Virus record (IMG/VR): IMGVR_UViG_3300033121_001287
Coordinates: 20,525-84,524 of that record
Reading direction: 5' to 3' (one strand)
Length of the DNA stretch: 64,000 bases
From: a virus
Taxonomy: Duplodnaviria; Caudoviricetes
The notes under the pieces are model-generated. The model was not told the DNA's origin and did not search any database. It worked only from the letters and a program-made list of their open reading frames with translations. Shown here in pieces: positions 36,456 to 45,164 of the stretch (within the stretch, counting starts at the first letter, position 1; every line of letters starts with the position of its first letter). A program made the translations under genes and the position numbers.

Positions 36456-36968
36456 CTACTCCTCCTTCCCGCCAGCGTACCGGATCTTGACCTTGCTGAA
36501 GCAAGTGACGCCATCCGGCTCCGGTTCGCCATGCAGCAGACGTTCCTTCGTCAGGCTGTTCGTCGTCTGCCAAGGGAGCGCGAGGGACTTTTCCAACCCG
36601 TTGTTGATGCACCAGAGTCGGAACGTTTCGCGGTCTTCGACCTGCGCGTATGGCTCGTGCCAGATCGAGATGTTGGTGCCGTTCTCCAGCTTGATGCTGC
36701 CGAGACCCTCGTTGTCGAACCGGTCTGCGAGCAGCTGCGTCAGCGCTTCGATCTCGTCCTCGATGGACTTCAGCAGCGCTTCCGCAGCGGCCTTGCGCTG
36801 GCGAGCGTCTTCGTAGAGTCGAGCGTAGGAACCCGTATCGGTCAGTTCAGGATCGGCCAGCAGCACCTTTTTCAAGGCTTCGACGCGTTCCTGCTGGTTG
36901 CCGTCGGTGTTGAGGAGCGTCGGAAGCGATCCGACGAGGTGTGCATACTTGCCGCGTGGCTTAGCCAT
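36456..36968 (-). CDS. Conserved phage replication/recombination-region protein
   Basis: Coiled coil then GSIKLENG...YAQVEDRETF..W; TAATG coupling. Confidence 0.6.
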   Translation of the reverse strand: MAKPRGKYAHLVGSLPTLLNTDGNQQERVEALKKVLLADPELTDTGSYARLYEDARQRKAAAEALLKSIEDEIEALTQLLADRFDNEGLGSIKLENGTNISIWHEPYAQVEDRETFRLWCINNGLEKSLALPWQTTNSLTKERLLHGEPEPDGVTCFSKVKIRYAGGKEE

Positions 36969-37384
36969 TACAGCCCCTCGACTCCGGTTATCGCTTTGCC
37001 ACGAATGATCACGAGGTCGGGCGCGTATCCGCCCTTCGCCACGCGAAGCCATGCTTCGTAGCTTGCTGTTATGCTGGCGAACGCACCAACGTTGTTTGCA
37101 ACAAGCCACTCGGCGAGTGCTTCGGGTGTCGGCATCACCGGCGAGATGGGAGTGCCCTCTGTCGTTGATTCGTACATCTGGTAGTGCGTGCGTTCGGCTT
37201 CGGGCCAGTTCGGCATGCAAGAGATGCCGTAGTGCGGCGGATCCCCTCGCAACCACTCCTCACGCAAGCCTTCTGCGATCTCCGCTTCGTTGTACGGGAA
37301 TCGCTCGAACATCGGAATGTAATATCCGTGCTCGTTCTTCGGGTGTTCCCAGTCCGGCGGTACCCGCCGTACTTCACGCCCCAT
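36968..37384 (-). CDS. Conserved phage hypothetical protein
   Basis: MGREVRRVPPDWEHP, YQMYESTTEGTPISPV. Confidence 0.65.
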   Translation of the reverse strand: MGREVRRVPPDWEHPKNEHGYYIPMFERFPYNEAEIAEGLREEWLRGDPPHYGISCMPNWPEAERTHYQMYESTTEGTPISPVMPTPEALAEWLVANNVGAFASITASYEAWLRVAKGGYAPDLVIIRGKAITGVEGL

Positions 37385-37574
37385 GTTGAGCCTCCAGCGA
37401 GGCACGCAGTGCCTCATCAAATGACGGTCGCTTGCTGCCCGCTCGCGCGTGACGTTGACGCGCCTCCTCGCAGCTGATCGTACGGTTCGAGTGGTCTCGA
37501 TGCAGAAGGACGCGCAACCCGCAAAGGCATCGGGCCTCGTAGGTGCTGCGTGGGCGGGGCTTGGTGGCGTTCAT
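37374..37574 (-). CDS. Small hypothetical protein
   Basis: First gene after the promoter at 37583-37611. Confidence 0.5.
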   Translation of the reverse strand: MNATKPRPRSTYEARCLCGLRVLLHRDHSNRTISCEEARQRHARAGSKRPSFDEALRASLEAQHGA

Positions 37575-37582
37575 TAGGAGCC

Positions 37583-37611
37583 ACTCTAATGCCCTTTTTA
37601 GAACGGGTCAA
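37583..37611 (-). promoter_or_regulatory. sigma70-type promoter TTGACC-17-TAGAGT with upstream A-tract
   Basis: Read directly on the - strand. Confidence 0.75.
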
Positions 37612-37620
37612 GCCCCTTTT

Positions 37621-38001
37621 TCAAGCCTCCGAAGGATCCGGCAGGGACCGGGAAGGGCTCTGTTTCTGGCCGGTTCGTGCGGTCCACGCGGCCCGTAGCC
37701 GAATGTGTTCAGCCTCGGCGTAGAGGAAGGCCTGCGGGAAGTTCGGGGCCAAACCCTGTCCACCGTAGACGAACACACCGAGAGGCGTGATGGTAATCGA
37801 TGGCTGATAGCAGGAAGCTTCGAGCCGGGTACACATGTCATCGACCCTGCGGTGCTCCCAGTTCTCAGGAAGCTTCTGCACCGCGTCGATCCCTGCGAGC
37901 AGTCGCGTCCGTTCTTCCGCCGTTGCATCGTAGTTGTCGAAGCCTCCCATGTCGTTTTCGAGAAACGGGATGCACTTTACGAGCAGCTCGGTGATTGTCA
38001 T
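37621..38001 (-). CDS. Hypothetical protein
   Basis: ATG with GGAGG RBS. Confidence 0.5.
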   Translation of the reverse strand: MTITELLVKCIPFLENDMGGFDNYDATAEERTRLLAGIDAVQKLPENWEHRRVDDMCTRLEASCYQPSITITPLGVFVYGGQGLAPNFPQAFLYAEAEHIRLRAAWTARTGQKQSPSRSLPDPSEA

Positions 38002-38234
38002 TGATGTCCCTCCTCCACAAGACGTTGCTTCAAATACACCGCGAGATCAAGCACTTCTTCGTACGCATCCAGCAGCGGGTTTCTTCCATTGAAAGCCTGC
38101 AGCGGCGTGCCGTACTTACGCGTGCCGTACTCCTTTCGGCGACGGAGGTCTTCTCGCACAAGATCGTGAATATGCTCACCGTCGTTTGGAATCGAGAGCG
38201 GTTGATCGGTGTCTGGATCGCGAACCTCGCTCAT
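37998..38234 (-). CDS. Small helical protein, possibly MazG-like nucleotide pyrophosphohydrolase fold
   Basis: RKYGTPLQAFNGRNPLLDAYEEVLDLAVYL (EExxD). Confidence 0.5.
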   Translation of the reverse strand: MSEVRDPDTDQPLSIPNDGEHIHDLVREDLRRRKEYGTRKYGTPLQAFNGRNPLLDAYEEVLDLAVYLKQRLVEEGHQ

Positions 38235-38506
38235 GGTCGGACCTTTCTTGTGAGATACTTGATCGTATCGATTTTATCTTGAGTCAATTCGGATCCAACA
38301 GTTCCGCGCTCGATGATCTCGATTAGTCGAAGTATCATTTCAAACAGGTTTACAATGTCATCCTGCGGGTTGCGACCTAGCGTCTTGATTAACCGTTTCC
38401 AGAGAAGGTTATCCATGACCGGATTCGGCTGAGAGTGCCGTTCCTTTTCGGCTTTCGCGTACTCCTTCATGGCAAGTACCCACTGAAGCTCTTCGATAGA
38501 GATCAT
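38231..38506 (-). CDS. Hypothetical protein
   Basis: RBS AAAGGA; ATGA overlap. Confidence 0.55.
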   Translation of the reverse strand: MISIEELQWVLAMKEYAKAEKERHSQPNPVMDNLLWKRLIKTLGRNPQDDIVNLFEMILRLIEIIERGTVGSELTQDKIDTIKYLTRKVRP

Positions 38507-38508
38507 TG

Positions 38509-40134
38509 TTATTCCTTTCGCAACGCTTTGACCCAAGCCGATGCCGTCCACGTCGCGATGTTCTCGCCTGCACGTCGAGCGGCTACGATAGCATGATCGA
38601 TGGTCTTCTGACCCTTCGGCCCGGTAGCCACCATGTCGAAGTACGCAATCGGTTCCTTCTGCCCCGGTCCGTACACCCGATCAGCGCTCTGCGCGAACTT
38701 GCCCGGCGAGTAATCGGTCGAGATTGTCACGCTCGTATGCGCGGCCGTCATGTTCAAACCGAAGCTTCCGGTGCCGAACGTACCACCGACGAACACCGGC
38801 TGGTTCGGCGACGTGTTCGGATGCAGCAGCTTGAGCGCTTCCATGCGTTCGGCCTTCTTCTGACCGCCATGCACCTGCCCCATAACGAACTGCGGAAACG
38901 CCTGCGAGACCTCCTCGATCATCCGTGCAAGTTCGGCCTTGAACCGGCACCAGACGACGACCTTGAAGAGTTCGTCGGCTTCCAAGCGTTCGCCTAAGAA
39001 CCAGAGCAACAGATCGAGCTTCTCGCGTCCGAAGAACTGAATCTCGTCAGGCGGCGGTTCGGGCTTCGGAGGCTCCGTTTCGAAGCCCGAAGTTCCGATC
39101 ACGATCTGATCGAACAGGTCGTCATCCTGCTCGTCTTTTTCAAGGGTCTGCACGCCGGATAGGAAGCCACTGGTGATCTGCGAGAGCCTCAACACCTTGA
39201 TCGCGGCCGTCGCGCTCATGGACGCACCACCGGATAGCCAGACGATCATCTCGTCTCGCATCGCGACGTATCGTTTCCAATTCTCCGTCGTCAACGGCAC
39301 CGTCAGCGCGACGGGATCAAGCTTCGGTGGAAGGTCAAGGCAGTCCTTCTGCAGCCGTCGAATCGTATAGGGAGCAAACCGGCGCTGCAAATCATCGAGG
39401 TTGACCCACTTGTTGATCTTCTCAACGACGTAGCCCTCGTCGTTTTTGAGCGCTTTACCATCCCTGCCCTTCACAGGTTCCATGACTGCGTAGCGCGAAC
39501 GGAAGTGCGTGACGTACTTGCACTCCAAGATCGACGGGTGCAGCATGTTGCCCTGTGCGAACAGGTCCATTGGCGAATGGAAGATCGGTGTACCATTCAG
39601 CAGTACGACGCGTCCGCACATGCGACGGAGGGTCTTGCAGGCCTCGGTGCGGCCGGATTTCCAATTCTTAATGTAGCTCGACTCGTCCATGACGAGGAGC
39701 GTCCGCTCGTCGCAGAGTTTGACAAGTTCTTTCAGCCGGTGCGAGTTGATGAGGTACTCGTAGTTCGTAACGATAAACTGAAGCGCGCGATCCTTGGCGT
39801 GCTCAAGACCCCATACCCATTCGCGACCATAGCTATGAAATTCCACAACTACGGCTGGCGTCTTCAACCAGAGATGCTTGGCCAGTTCGCCGAGTTCGTC
39901 ATCGGCCCACACGTCGCGCACCGGGGCCGGAGCAATCACGACGACGCGGTCGATGACGTTCTGCTCAAACAGGAATTGCGCGCCATCAATGACAATCTTG
40001 CTCTTCCCCGTCCGCATCTCGGAAGCGATGAAGAGGTAAGGACGTTGCAGCAGCACTGCAACGTCCTCTCTCTGGTGCTGGAACGGGGTGAGCCTTGCCG
40101 CTCCGAAGTCGAGGGTTACTGCAGGCGTACCCAT
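38509..40134 (-). CDS. SNF2-like superfamily 2 helicase
   Basis: EMRTGKS, MDESS, LNGTP, GSFGLNM, QSADRVY. Confidence 0.9.
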   Translation of the reverse strand: MGTPAVTLDFGAARLTPFQHQREDVAVLLQRPYLFIASEMRTGKSKIVIDGAQFLFEQNVIDRVVVIAPAPVRDVWADDELGELAKHLWLKTPAVVVEFHSYGREWVWGLEHAKDRALQFIVTNYEYLINSHRLKELVKLCDERTLLVMDESSYIKNWKSGRTEACKTLRRMCGRVVLLNGTPIFHSPMDLFAQGNMLHPSILECKYVTHFRSRYAVMEPVKGRDGKALKNDEGYVVEKINKWVNLDDLQRRFAPYTIRRLQKDCLDLPPKLDPVALTVPLTTENWKRYVAMRDEMIVWLSGGASMSATAAIKVLRLSQITSGFLSGVQTLEKDEQDDDLFDQIVIGTSGFETEPPKPEPPPDEIQFFGREKLDLLLWFLGERLEADELFKVVVWCRFKAELARMIEEVSQAFPQFVMGQVHGGQKKAERMEALKLLHPNTSPNQPVFVGGTFGTGSFGLNMTAAHTSVTISTDYSPGKFAQSADRVYGPGQKEPIAYFDMVATGPKGQKTIDHAIVAARRAGENIATWTASAWVKALRKE

Positions 40135-40565
40135 CGATCACCGTCGCTCCCATCGTTGCGGAAGGCCAGCGGGTTGCCGCGCTGACTTTCGGGGAGCACG
40201 ATCTGCGCGGTGATGATCTCGACGCCGTCCATTCCGAGACTCTTGCCGATGATAATCACGGTGCGCGTGCTCATGTAAGGCGCGTAACCGTATGTGCCTC
40301 CCAGTACGAACGTCGGGATCGTCTTCGGCGTCGGCGGGAGGGCCGCCAAGCAGACCTTCAGTTCATCGGGCTGCGTGTACGGATTCAACGCGCGGCACTG
40401 CTCGACCGTCGTCGCACGAATGGCCGGATGGCCGGGCGGAAGCCAACCGCAGTCCTGCATGACCCAACCGGGACCGGGACTCGGTGGTACGACGCAGGTC
40501 TGTGCCGAAGATGGAACAGACGAGAGCGCGATGAGGAGCGCGAAGCAGAATACGATTCGACGCAT
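40116..40565 (-). CDS. Secreted Pro/Cys-rich protein
   Basis: Signal peptide MRRIVFCFALLIALSSVPSSA-Q. Confidence 0.6.
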   Translation of the reverse strand: MRRIVFCFALLIALSSVPSSAQTCVVPPSPGPGWVMQDCGWLPPGHPAIRATTVEQCRALNPYTQPDELKVCLAALPPTPKTIPTFVLGGTYGYAPYMSTRTVIIIGKSLGMDGVEIITAQIVLPESQRGNPLAFRNDGSDGDRWVRLQ

Positions 40566-40634
40566 GGTGGTCTCCTTTTTCAACCGTGCAGCGCTCCGAG
40601 ATTGAAGCGCTGCAGGTTGGACCGGAGTATAGCA

Positions 40635-40832
40635 TTACTCCGGGTAGACGTCTTCGGCGCGCAGTCCCTTCTCGCCTTCGGACTCCTCGAACTCGACGGC
40701 CATCCCGACTTCAACTTCCTCGTACTTGACGGTCTTCAGAGCCGACGCGTGGAAGAAATAGTCCTTCCGATCCGCTCCATTGATGAACCCGCATCGCTTG
40801 TCAACCAGCAACTTCTTGATCTTGCCCTTCAT
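40635..40832 (-). CDS. Cold-shock domain protein
   Basis: MKGKIK...KRCGFI...DYFFHAS (RNP1/RNP2), VEFE...KGLRA. Confidence 0.9.
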   Translation of the reverse strand: MKGKIKKLLVDKRCGFINGADRKDYFFHASALKTVKYEEVEVGMAVEFEESEGEKGLRAEDVYPE

Positions 40833-41667
40833 GGACCCTCGCCTTCGGTGTGGGATACTGACCGAGCTTTGCCGCCGCAGCCAGACGTTTCGTATCGGCA
40901 GAGAAGTCAGACCTGAGAATGAAATCCCAGTACCCACGATCTGCCGTTCTCATGGGCTTGCCCGCGAATTTGCCCCACTGTGCGAAGCACGGTTCACCGT
41001 TGACGAACTTGAACTTCCCGTCCGGATCGATCCATCCCGGCCACTGAAGTTCGTGAAGCTCCGCGACGGTGCGCGGCAACTGCTCGTACTTTGTCACCTG
41101 CGCGACGATCACTTCCGTCGAAGCCTCCACGTCCGCGAGCGCTCCGTGCGCTCCTTCAAGCACCTTCCCGGTGTGTTCGAGATAGAGATGGCTCAGCGTG
41201 CGCGGTTTTCCAAGTTGCTCAAGCCGGTCGATATCGATGATGCAGGCTTCGCCGTATGCCCATTCGACGCCCGCACGCTCCATTTCGGCCGCCATGATTC
41301 GCAGATCGAAGCGCACGTTCTTTCCTGCGAAATCACAGTTTGAAAATCCCGTCGCTAGATTCGTCGCAAGATGCTTGAAGGCTGGCCAACCGGCGAACTC
41401 ATGATCGTCCGGGTGCCCCTCAATCGGCATCTTGCAATGACGGCACTGCAGGAAGATGCCGTTGTCGATCCCGTGCACGGCCGTCGCCGATTCAGGGATC
41501 TTGATCAACGGATTGATGAGTGATCGCCACGACTTTACCAATCCGACGACCGGTTCCCACACCTGAAAACCGATCTCAACGATGCGGTCTTCACGCGTGT
41601 TGGTACCCGTCGTTTCCGTATCGAACACGATCAGGCGACGGGTGATGTTCAGGGTTTCGTGAATCAT
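40801..41667 (-). CDS. DnaQ-like DEDDh 3'-5' exonuclease
   Basis: VFDTETTG, GKNVRFD, HGALADV. Confidence 0.9.
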   Translation of the reverse strand: MIHETLNITRRLIVFDTETTGTNTREDRIVEIGFQVWEPVVGLVKSWRSLINPLIKIPESATAVHGIDNGIFLQCRHCKMPIEGHPDDHEFAGWPAFKHLATNLATGFSNCDFAGKNVRFDLRIMAAEMERAGVEWAYGEACIIDIDRLEQLGKPRTLSHLYLEHTGKVLEGAHGALADVEASTEVIVAQVTKYEQLPRTVAELHELQWPGWIDPDGKFKFVNGEPCFAQWGKFAGKPMRTADRGYWDFILRSDFSADTKRLAAAAKLGQYPTPKARVHEGQDQEVAG

Positions 41668-41840
41668 GAGGTCGCAGCGCCGCTCTTCGCGCCTCGATGC
41701 AAACGTTGCAGCACTCCGAGAAGAAGCGCTTGGTTATCGATGACGACTTCGACGCTATACGCTAGCGACAGTTGTTCCGCCATCGTTCTCTTCGGCACGA
41801 GGTTCAGCGGTGGATCGAATGGCAATAGCAGCTGCTCCAT
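41664..41840 (-). CDS. 58-aa protein with clamp-binding-like motifs (not in ORF track)
   Basis: MEQLLLPFDPPLNLVPKRTMAEQLSLAY...; GGAG RBS; ATGA overlap. Confidence 0.55.
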   Translation of the reverse strand: MEQLLLPFDPPLNLVPKRTMAEQLSLAYSVEVVIDNQALLLGVLQRLHRGAKSGAATS

Positions 41841-41843
41841 CAG

Positions 41844-42176
41844 TCACTCCTTGAGCTTCCATGCGGGACCAAGGCTGCGGTACTCGACACGACGGCCGCA
41901 GGCTTCGTGATGCTGGATGCCGAGACGCATGCCAGCGCTGATGCCGAGATCTTCGTAGACCGCAATCAGATGCGCGTTCTCGGCCCACGCGAATCCGGCG
42001 ATGATCCCAAGGTCACGGTCTCGTTCGACGCGGTCGTCGAGCACCTCGGTGTAGAACAGATGCGAAGCGAACGGTGCCTCGCCGCGATTGAGGCAGTCGC
42101 GCAGGCACATCAAGAGGTACGCGCGGTTCAACGCGTAGTCGCCTCGGAAGGGGCTCTCAACAATGACTCTGTTCAC
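41844..42176 (-). CDS. Nucleoside 2-deoxyribosyltransferase-like / DUF4406-like protein
   Basis: VIVESPFRGD, GEAPFASH, GIS.GM..GI. Confidence 0.55.
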   Translation of the reverse strand: MNRVIVESPFRGDYALNRAYLLMCLRDCLNRGEAPFASHLFYTEVLDDRVERDRDLGIIAGFAWAENAHLIAVYEDLGISAGMRLGIQHHEACGRRVEYRSLGPAWKLKE

Positions 42177-42493
42177 AGGGACTCCGCTTCGAGGGTGTAA
42201 CCACATTCGACGAGCATCTGCTTCAGCGCATCGGACGACAGCGATGACATGGAAATGCCCCGCTTGTTCGCTTCGAGCAGCAGAGCGTCCTTGACCGACT
42301 CGGACACGTTGATGCCGAGAAACACGTCGCGGGGAACCTCCTGCTTCTTGTGCTTGCGCTTCTTCTCGACGGAGTCGAGAATCTGATAGATCCTGCCAGC
42401 CGAGAGATTGAAGGCGGCTCGCAACTTCAGGATCGGTTCACCCGCCTGATAGCGAGCGATGATCTCCGCGTTGCGTTCATCGTGCTTGCTCAT
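42173..42493 (-). CDS. HTH plus ribbon-helix-helix DNA-binding protein
   Basis: RNAEIIARY..G...LRAAFNLSAGRIYQIL, then LGINVSESVKDAL..EA..RGISMSSL. Confidence 0.65.
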   Translation of the reverse strand: MSKHDERNAEIIARYQAGEPILKLRAAFNLSAGRIYQILDSVEKKRKHKKQEVPRDVFLGINVSESVKDALLLEANKRGISMSSLSSDALKQMLVECGYTLEAESL

Positions 42494-43551
42494 TGGCCGT
42501 CTCGTATGGTCATCACTACGTTAATGAAATCCGAACCATCGGTCAGAAGCAGAGGGGTTTTGAGATCCTTCAGGTTGACCGTCGCCGTGTTTTCCGCTCC
42601 GTGCTCCAAGAAGTCCATCAGGTACTTCCAGCACACCGTGATCCGCAGATCGGGGCCGCCGTAGGTGGCTTCAACGACCTCGTTTGCATCTCCGAACTCC
42701 GTGCTACGAGCCGAGAGAGTCACGCGTCCGGTCGAGAAGCTCAACGAGATCACGTCGGACACCAGTCCGACGCGGTTGATAGCCGCCGCAAACAGACCCT
42801 TTGGCATCACCGCTCGATGGTTGTTTTCCGTCGGAATGATGCGCTGGTAGCGCGGGAACTCCCCGTCCAGCATGCGCGAGATCAGCAGACGTCGTTCGTA
42901 TTGAAAAAAGAGATGCCGATCCCCACGCGAGAAGTAGACATCACCAAGAGGCGGCTGTGCCAAAAGCGCATCGAGCGTCTTCGTCGGGATGATCACTTGG
43001 TACTCAGGCCCGTCCTCGCGCGTGGCCGTCGCGATGGAGAGCCGCTTGCCGTCCGTCGATACCATTGCCATGACGTTCTTCGTGAGCGTGAGCAACGCCC
43101 CCATCATGGCGTGCTGCTGCGCCTTCTCACTGATCGAGTAGCGCGTGCGCTCGATCAGCAACCGCAGCGCACGGGCCGAGAGCTTCGCGGGTTCACCTAC
43201 GACGTCGGGCATGGGCGGGAAGTCATCCGGGTGCATGGATGATAATCGTGACTTGTAGTTCCCGGCCGTCAAGCGTCCGTTGTTGATGTTGATATCGCCG
43301 TTCGGCATGCGCTCTAGCACGTCGAGCAGCATCTTGGCCGGAAGCGTAATCGATCCCGTTTCATGCACCTCGGCTACGCAGTCGGTGCTGAGTGCGATTT
43401 CCAGGTCGGTCGCAGCGATGTAGAGGTTCTGCGCGCCTTCGGCTCGAAGAAGCACATGACCGGTAATCGGAATCGTCGGCTTCGAAGCAGCGATCTTGCT
43501 GAGCACCTTCATGTCCGCAGCCAATGACTGCGCGTTCACCGTGACGTTCAT
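42490..43551 (-). CDS. dnaN: DNA polymerase III beta sliding clamp
   Basis: IAATDLE, MVSTDGKRL, SRMLDGEFPRYQRIIP; 353 aa. Confidence 0.9.
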   Translation of the reverse strand: MNVTVNAQSLAADMKVLSKIAASKPTIPITGHVLLRAEGAQNLYIAATDLEIALSTDCVAEVHETGSITLPAKMLLDVLERMPNGDININNGRLTAGNYKSRLSSMHPDDFPPMPDVVGEPAKLSARALRLLIERTRYSISEKAQQHAMMGALLTLTKNVMAMVSTDGKRLSIATATREDGPEYQVIIPTKTLDALLAQPPLGDVYFSRGDRHLFFQYERRLLISRMLDGEFPRYQRIIPTENNHRAVMPKGLFAAAINRVGLVSDVISLSFSTGRVTLSARSTEFGDANEVVEATYGGPDLRITVCWKYLMDFLEHGAENTATVNLKDLKTPLLLTDGSDFINVVMTIRDGQ

Positions 43552-44543
43552 GCGAGATCTCCGCCGACGGAGGACGGCACGTAATCCCCGTCGTCCTCAT
43601 CCGCTTCATCGTCCTCGAAGCCGCCGAAAAGTGAATCGCTCACCTTCAGGCAATGCGGCGAGAACCAGATACGTTCGCGCTCCTCGTTGTTATTCGTACC
43701 ATCCTTGCGCTGCTTCCCGTAGCCACCGGTGGCTTTCCACGCTACCTTCTCCCAATCGGGCGGAAGCTCGTGCTCACCTTCGTAGCCGCACAACGCGATC
43801 CGCAGCTGCGGGTTATTACCATTCTCGATAGCCCATCGTCGTACATTTGCAGAGACGTTCGCATCGCTATGCGCGTACAACCCGTCGGAGAGGCCAGCGA
43901 AGTAAGGAGGGTCCAGCACCATGCCAGTCAAACCGGTGCAGACGGCAGGAGTAACCACGCGCGCCCAATCGCCACACACGACGCGCGTACGACGGAGTCG
44001 GCTGGCTAGCTGCATCATGTGCTGCTGGATGCCTTCGCGTTGGATGCGATCCGAGTGGACGCCTTGGAAATTCATGTTCGGGATCGAACGACCCATGCGG
44101 CCCGTCTTTGCAGAGAGCGCATTGAAGTCGCACCATCCGCCAGCGATCCATGCGCATCGGCCCCACAACCACCAGCCAGCGATCTTCGGATCGTAGTAGT
44201 CCGGATCGACCTTCATCCGTTCACGAAAGTCTTCTTGGCTCACTAGCCAGAGATGCCGTGCGTGCAGGTCGGCTTCGTTCACCGGCCAGTCGGCATAGTC
44301 GGCGACGGCCTCGGCGTCGAAAACCATCGAGCGCCAGAAGTTGCTAATCATACAGTCCATGTCGTTGATCGTTTCGACTAACGGCATGTGCGGCCTTGCG
44401 AGTAACACGGCTAGCGAGCCCGCGAACGCTTCGACGTAGTTCGGCACATTACCAAGCCGTGGCCAGATCAGATGGGCGGCTCGGCTCTTCCCGCCGAAGT
44501 ACGGGAACGGCGCACGCAACGGGGTGAGCAGTTCCTCAGTCAC
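43548..44543 (-). CDS. N6-adenine DNA methyltransferase (Dam/D12 class)
   Basis: FPYFGGKS, VEAFAGS, ETIND, LDPPY. Confidence 0.9.
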   Translation of the reverse strand: MTEELLTPLRAPFPYFGGKSRAAHLIWPRLGNVPNYVEAFAGSLAVLLARPHMPLVETINDMDCMISNFWRSMVFDAEAVADYADWPVNEADLHARHLWLVSQEDFRERMKVDPDYYDPKIAGWWLWGRCAWIAGGWCDFNALSAKTGRMGRSIPNMNFQGVHSDRIQREGIQQHMMQLASRLRRTRVVCGDWARVVTPAVCTGLTGMVLDPPYFAGLSDGLYAHSDANVSANVRRWAIENGNNPQLRIALCGYEGEHELPPDWEKVAWKATGGYGKQRKDGTNNNEERERIWFSPHCLKVSDSLFGGFEDDEADEDDGDYVPSSVGGDLA

Positions 44544-44703
44544 GTCGTTGCGGCCTCGTCATGAAAAAGATGATGAACATGAACACAAAGCTGATCGCCA
44601 TCATCGCGCCTCCGCGCTTCGCTTCGATCAGCAGAAGCACGGACGCGAGCCCGGCGAGCAGGTGTGTGACGTAAGCTCGGTACGAATGGAAGACCAGCAT
44701 CAT
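44536..44703 (-). CDS. Small two-TM protein
   Basis: Hydrophobic 55-aa ORF with overlaps at both ends. Confidence 0.5.
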   Translation of the reverse strand: MMLVFHSYRAYVTHLLAGLASVLLLIEAKRGGAMMAISFVFMFIIFFMTRPQRRD

Positions 44704-45110
44704 TTCAGTCCGTGAATCAGCTTGATGTACTGCACAAGCCAAAGGTAATCGAAGCGTGAAATCATCGCTTCGTAGAGTCCCGTGCCTCCGTCCTTCCACG
44801 CGTCGATGTCGCGCGGATGGACGATAAAGATTGCCGGTTCAAGTTCGTCGTCTTCGCGGAAGATGATGTAGCGGCAGAACCCATTCGCGGCAAGGCGTCG
44901 GCAGGTATGCGCCTGTAGTTCCATCGATTGGAAATCGGGCGTGCCGTGTTTGAACTCCCACCACGAGGTGCTACCGCCGTAGGTGACGCTAAGATCCGGA
45001 ATGCCAACCGTGCGAACGTCTTCGTGACGCAGCGCAATCGCACCGGGCCAGTCACTACGCATGGTCTTCATGAATCGGGACCGTAACTCGGCTTCGCGCT
45101 TCTTCGCCAT
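44700..45110 (-). CDS. VRR-NUC-like PD-(D/E)xK nuclease
   Basis: GIPDL...WWEFK...Q motif. Confidence 0.8.
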   Translation of the reverse strand: MAKKREAELRSRFMKTMRSDWPGAIALRHEDVRTVGIPDLSVTYGGSTSWWEFKHGTPDFQSMELQAHTCRRLAANGFCRYIIFREDDELEPAIFIVHPRDIDAWKDGGTGLYEAMISRFDYLWLVQYIKLIHGLK

Positions 45111-45118
45111 TACAGGCA

Positions 45119-45147
45119 AGGGTAACGGGCCTTAAAGGCCGAGTCAA
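45119..45147 (-). promoter_or_regulatory. sigma70-type promoter TTGACT-17-TACCCT
   Basis: Read directly; the spacer holds the palindrome GGCCTT-N-AAGGCC; A-tract upstream. Confidence 0.7.
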
Positions 45148-45164
45148 GCCCTTTTTCGGCCTGT

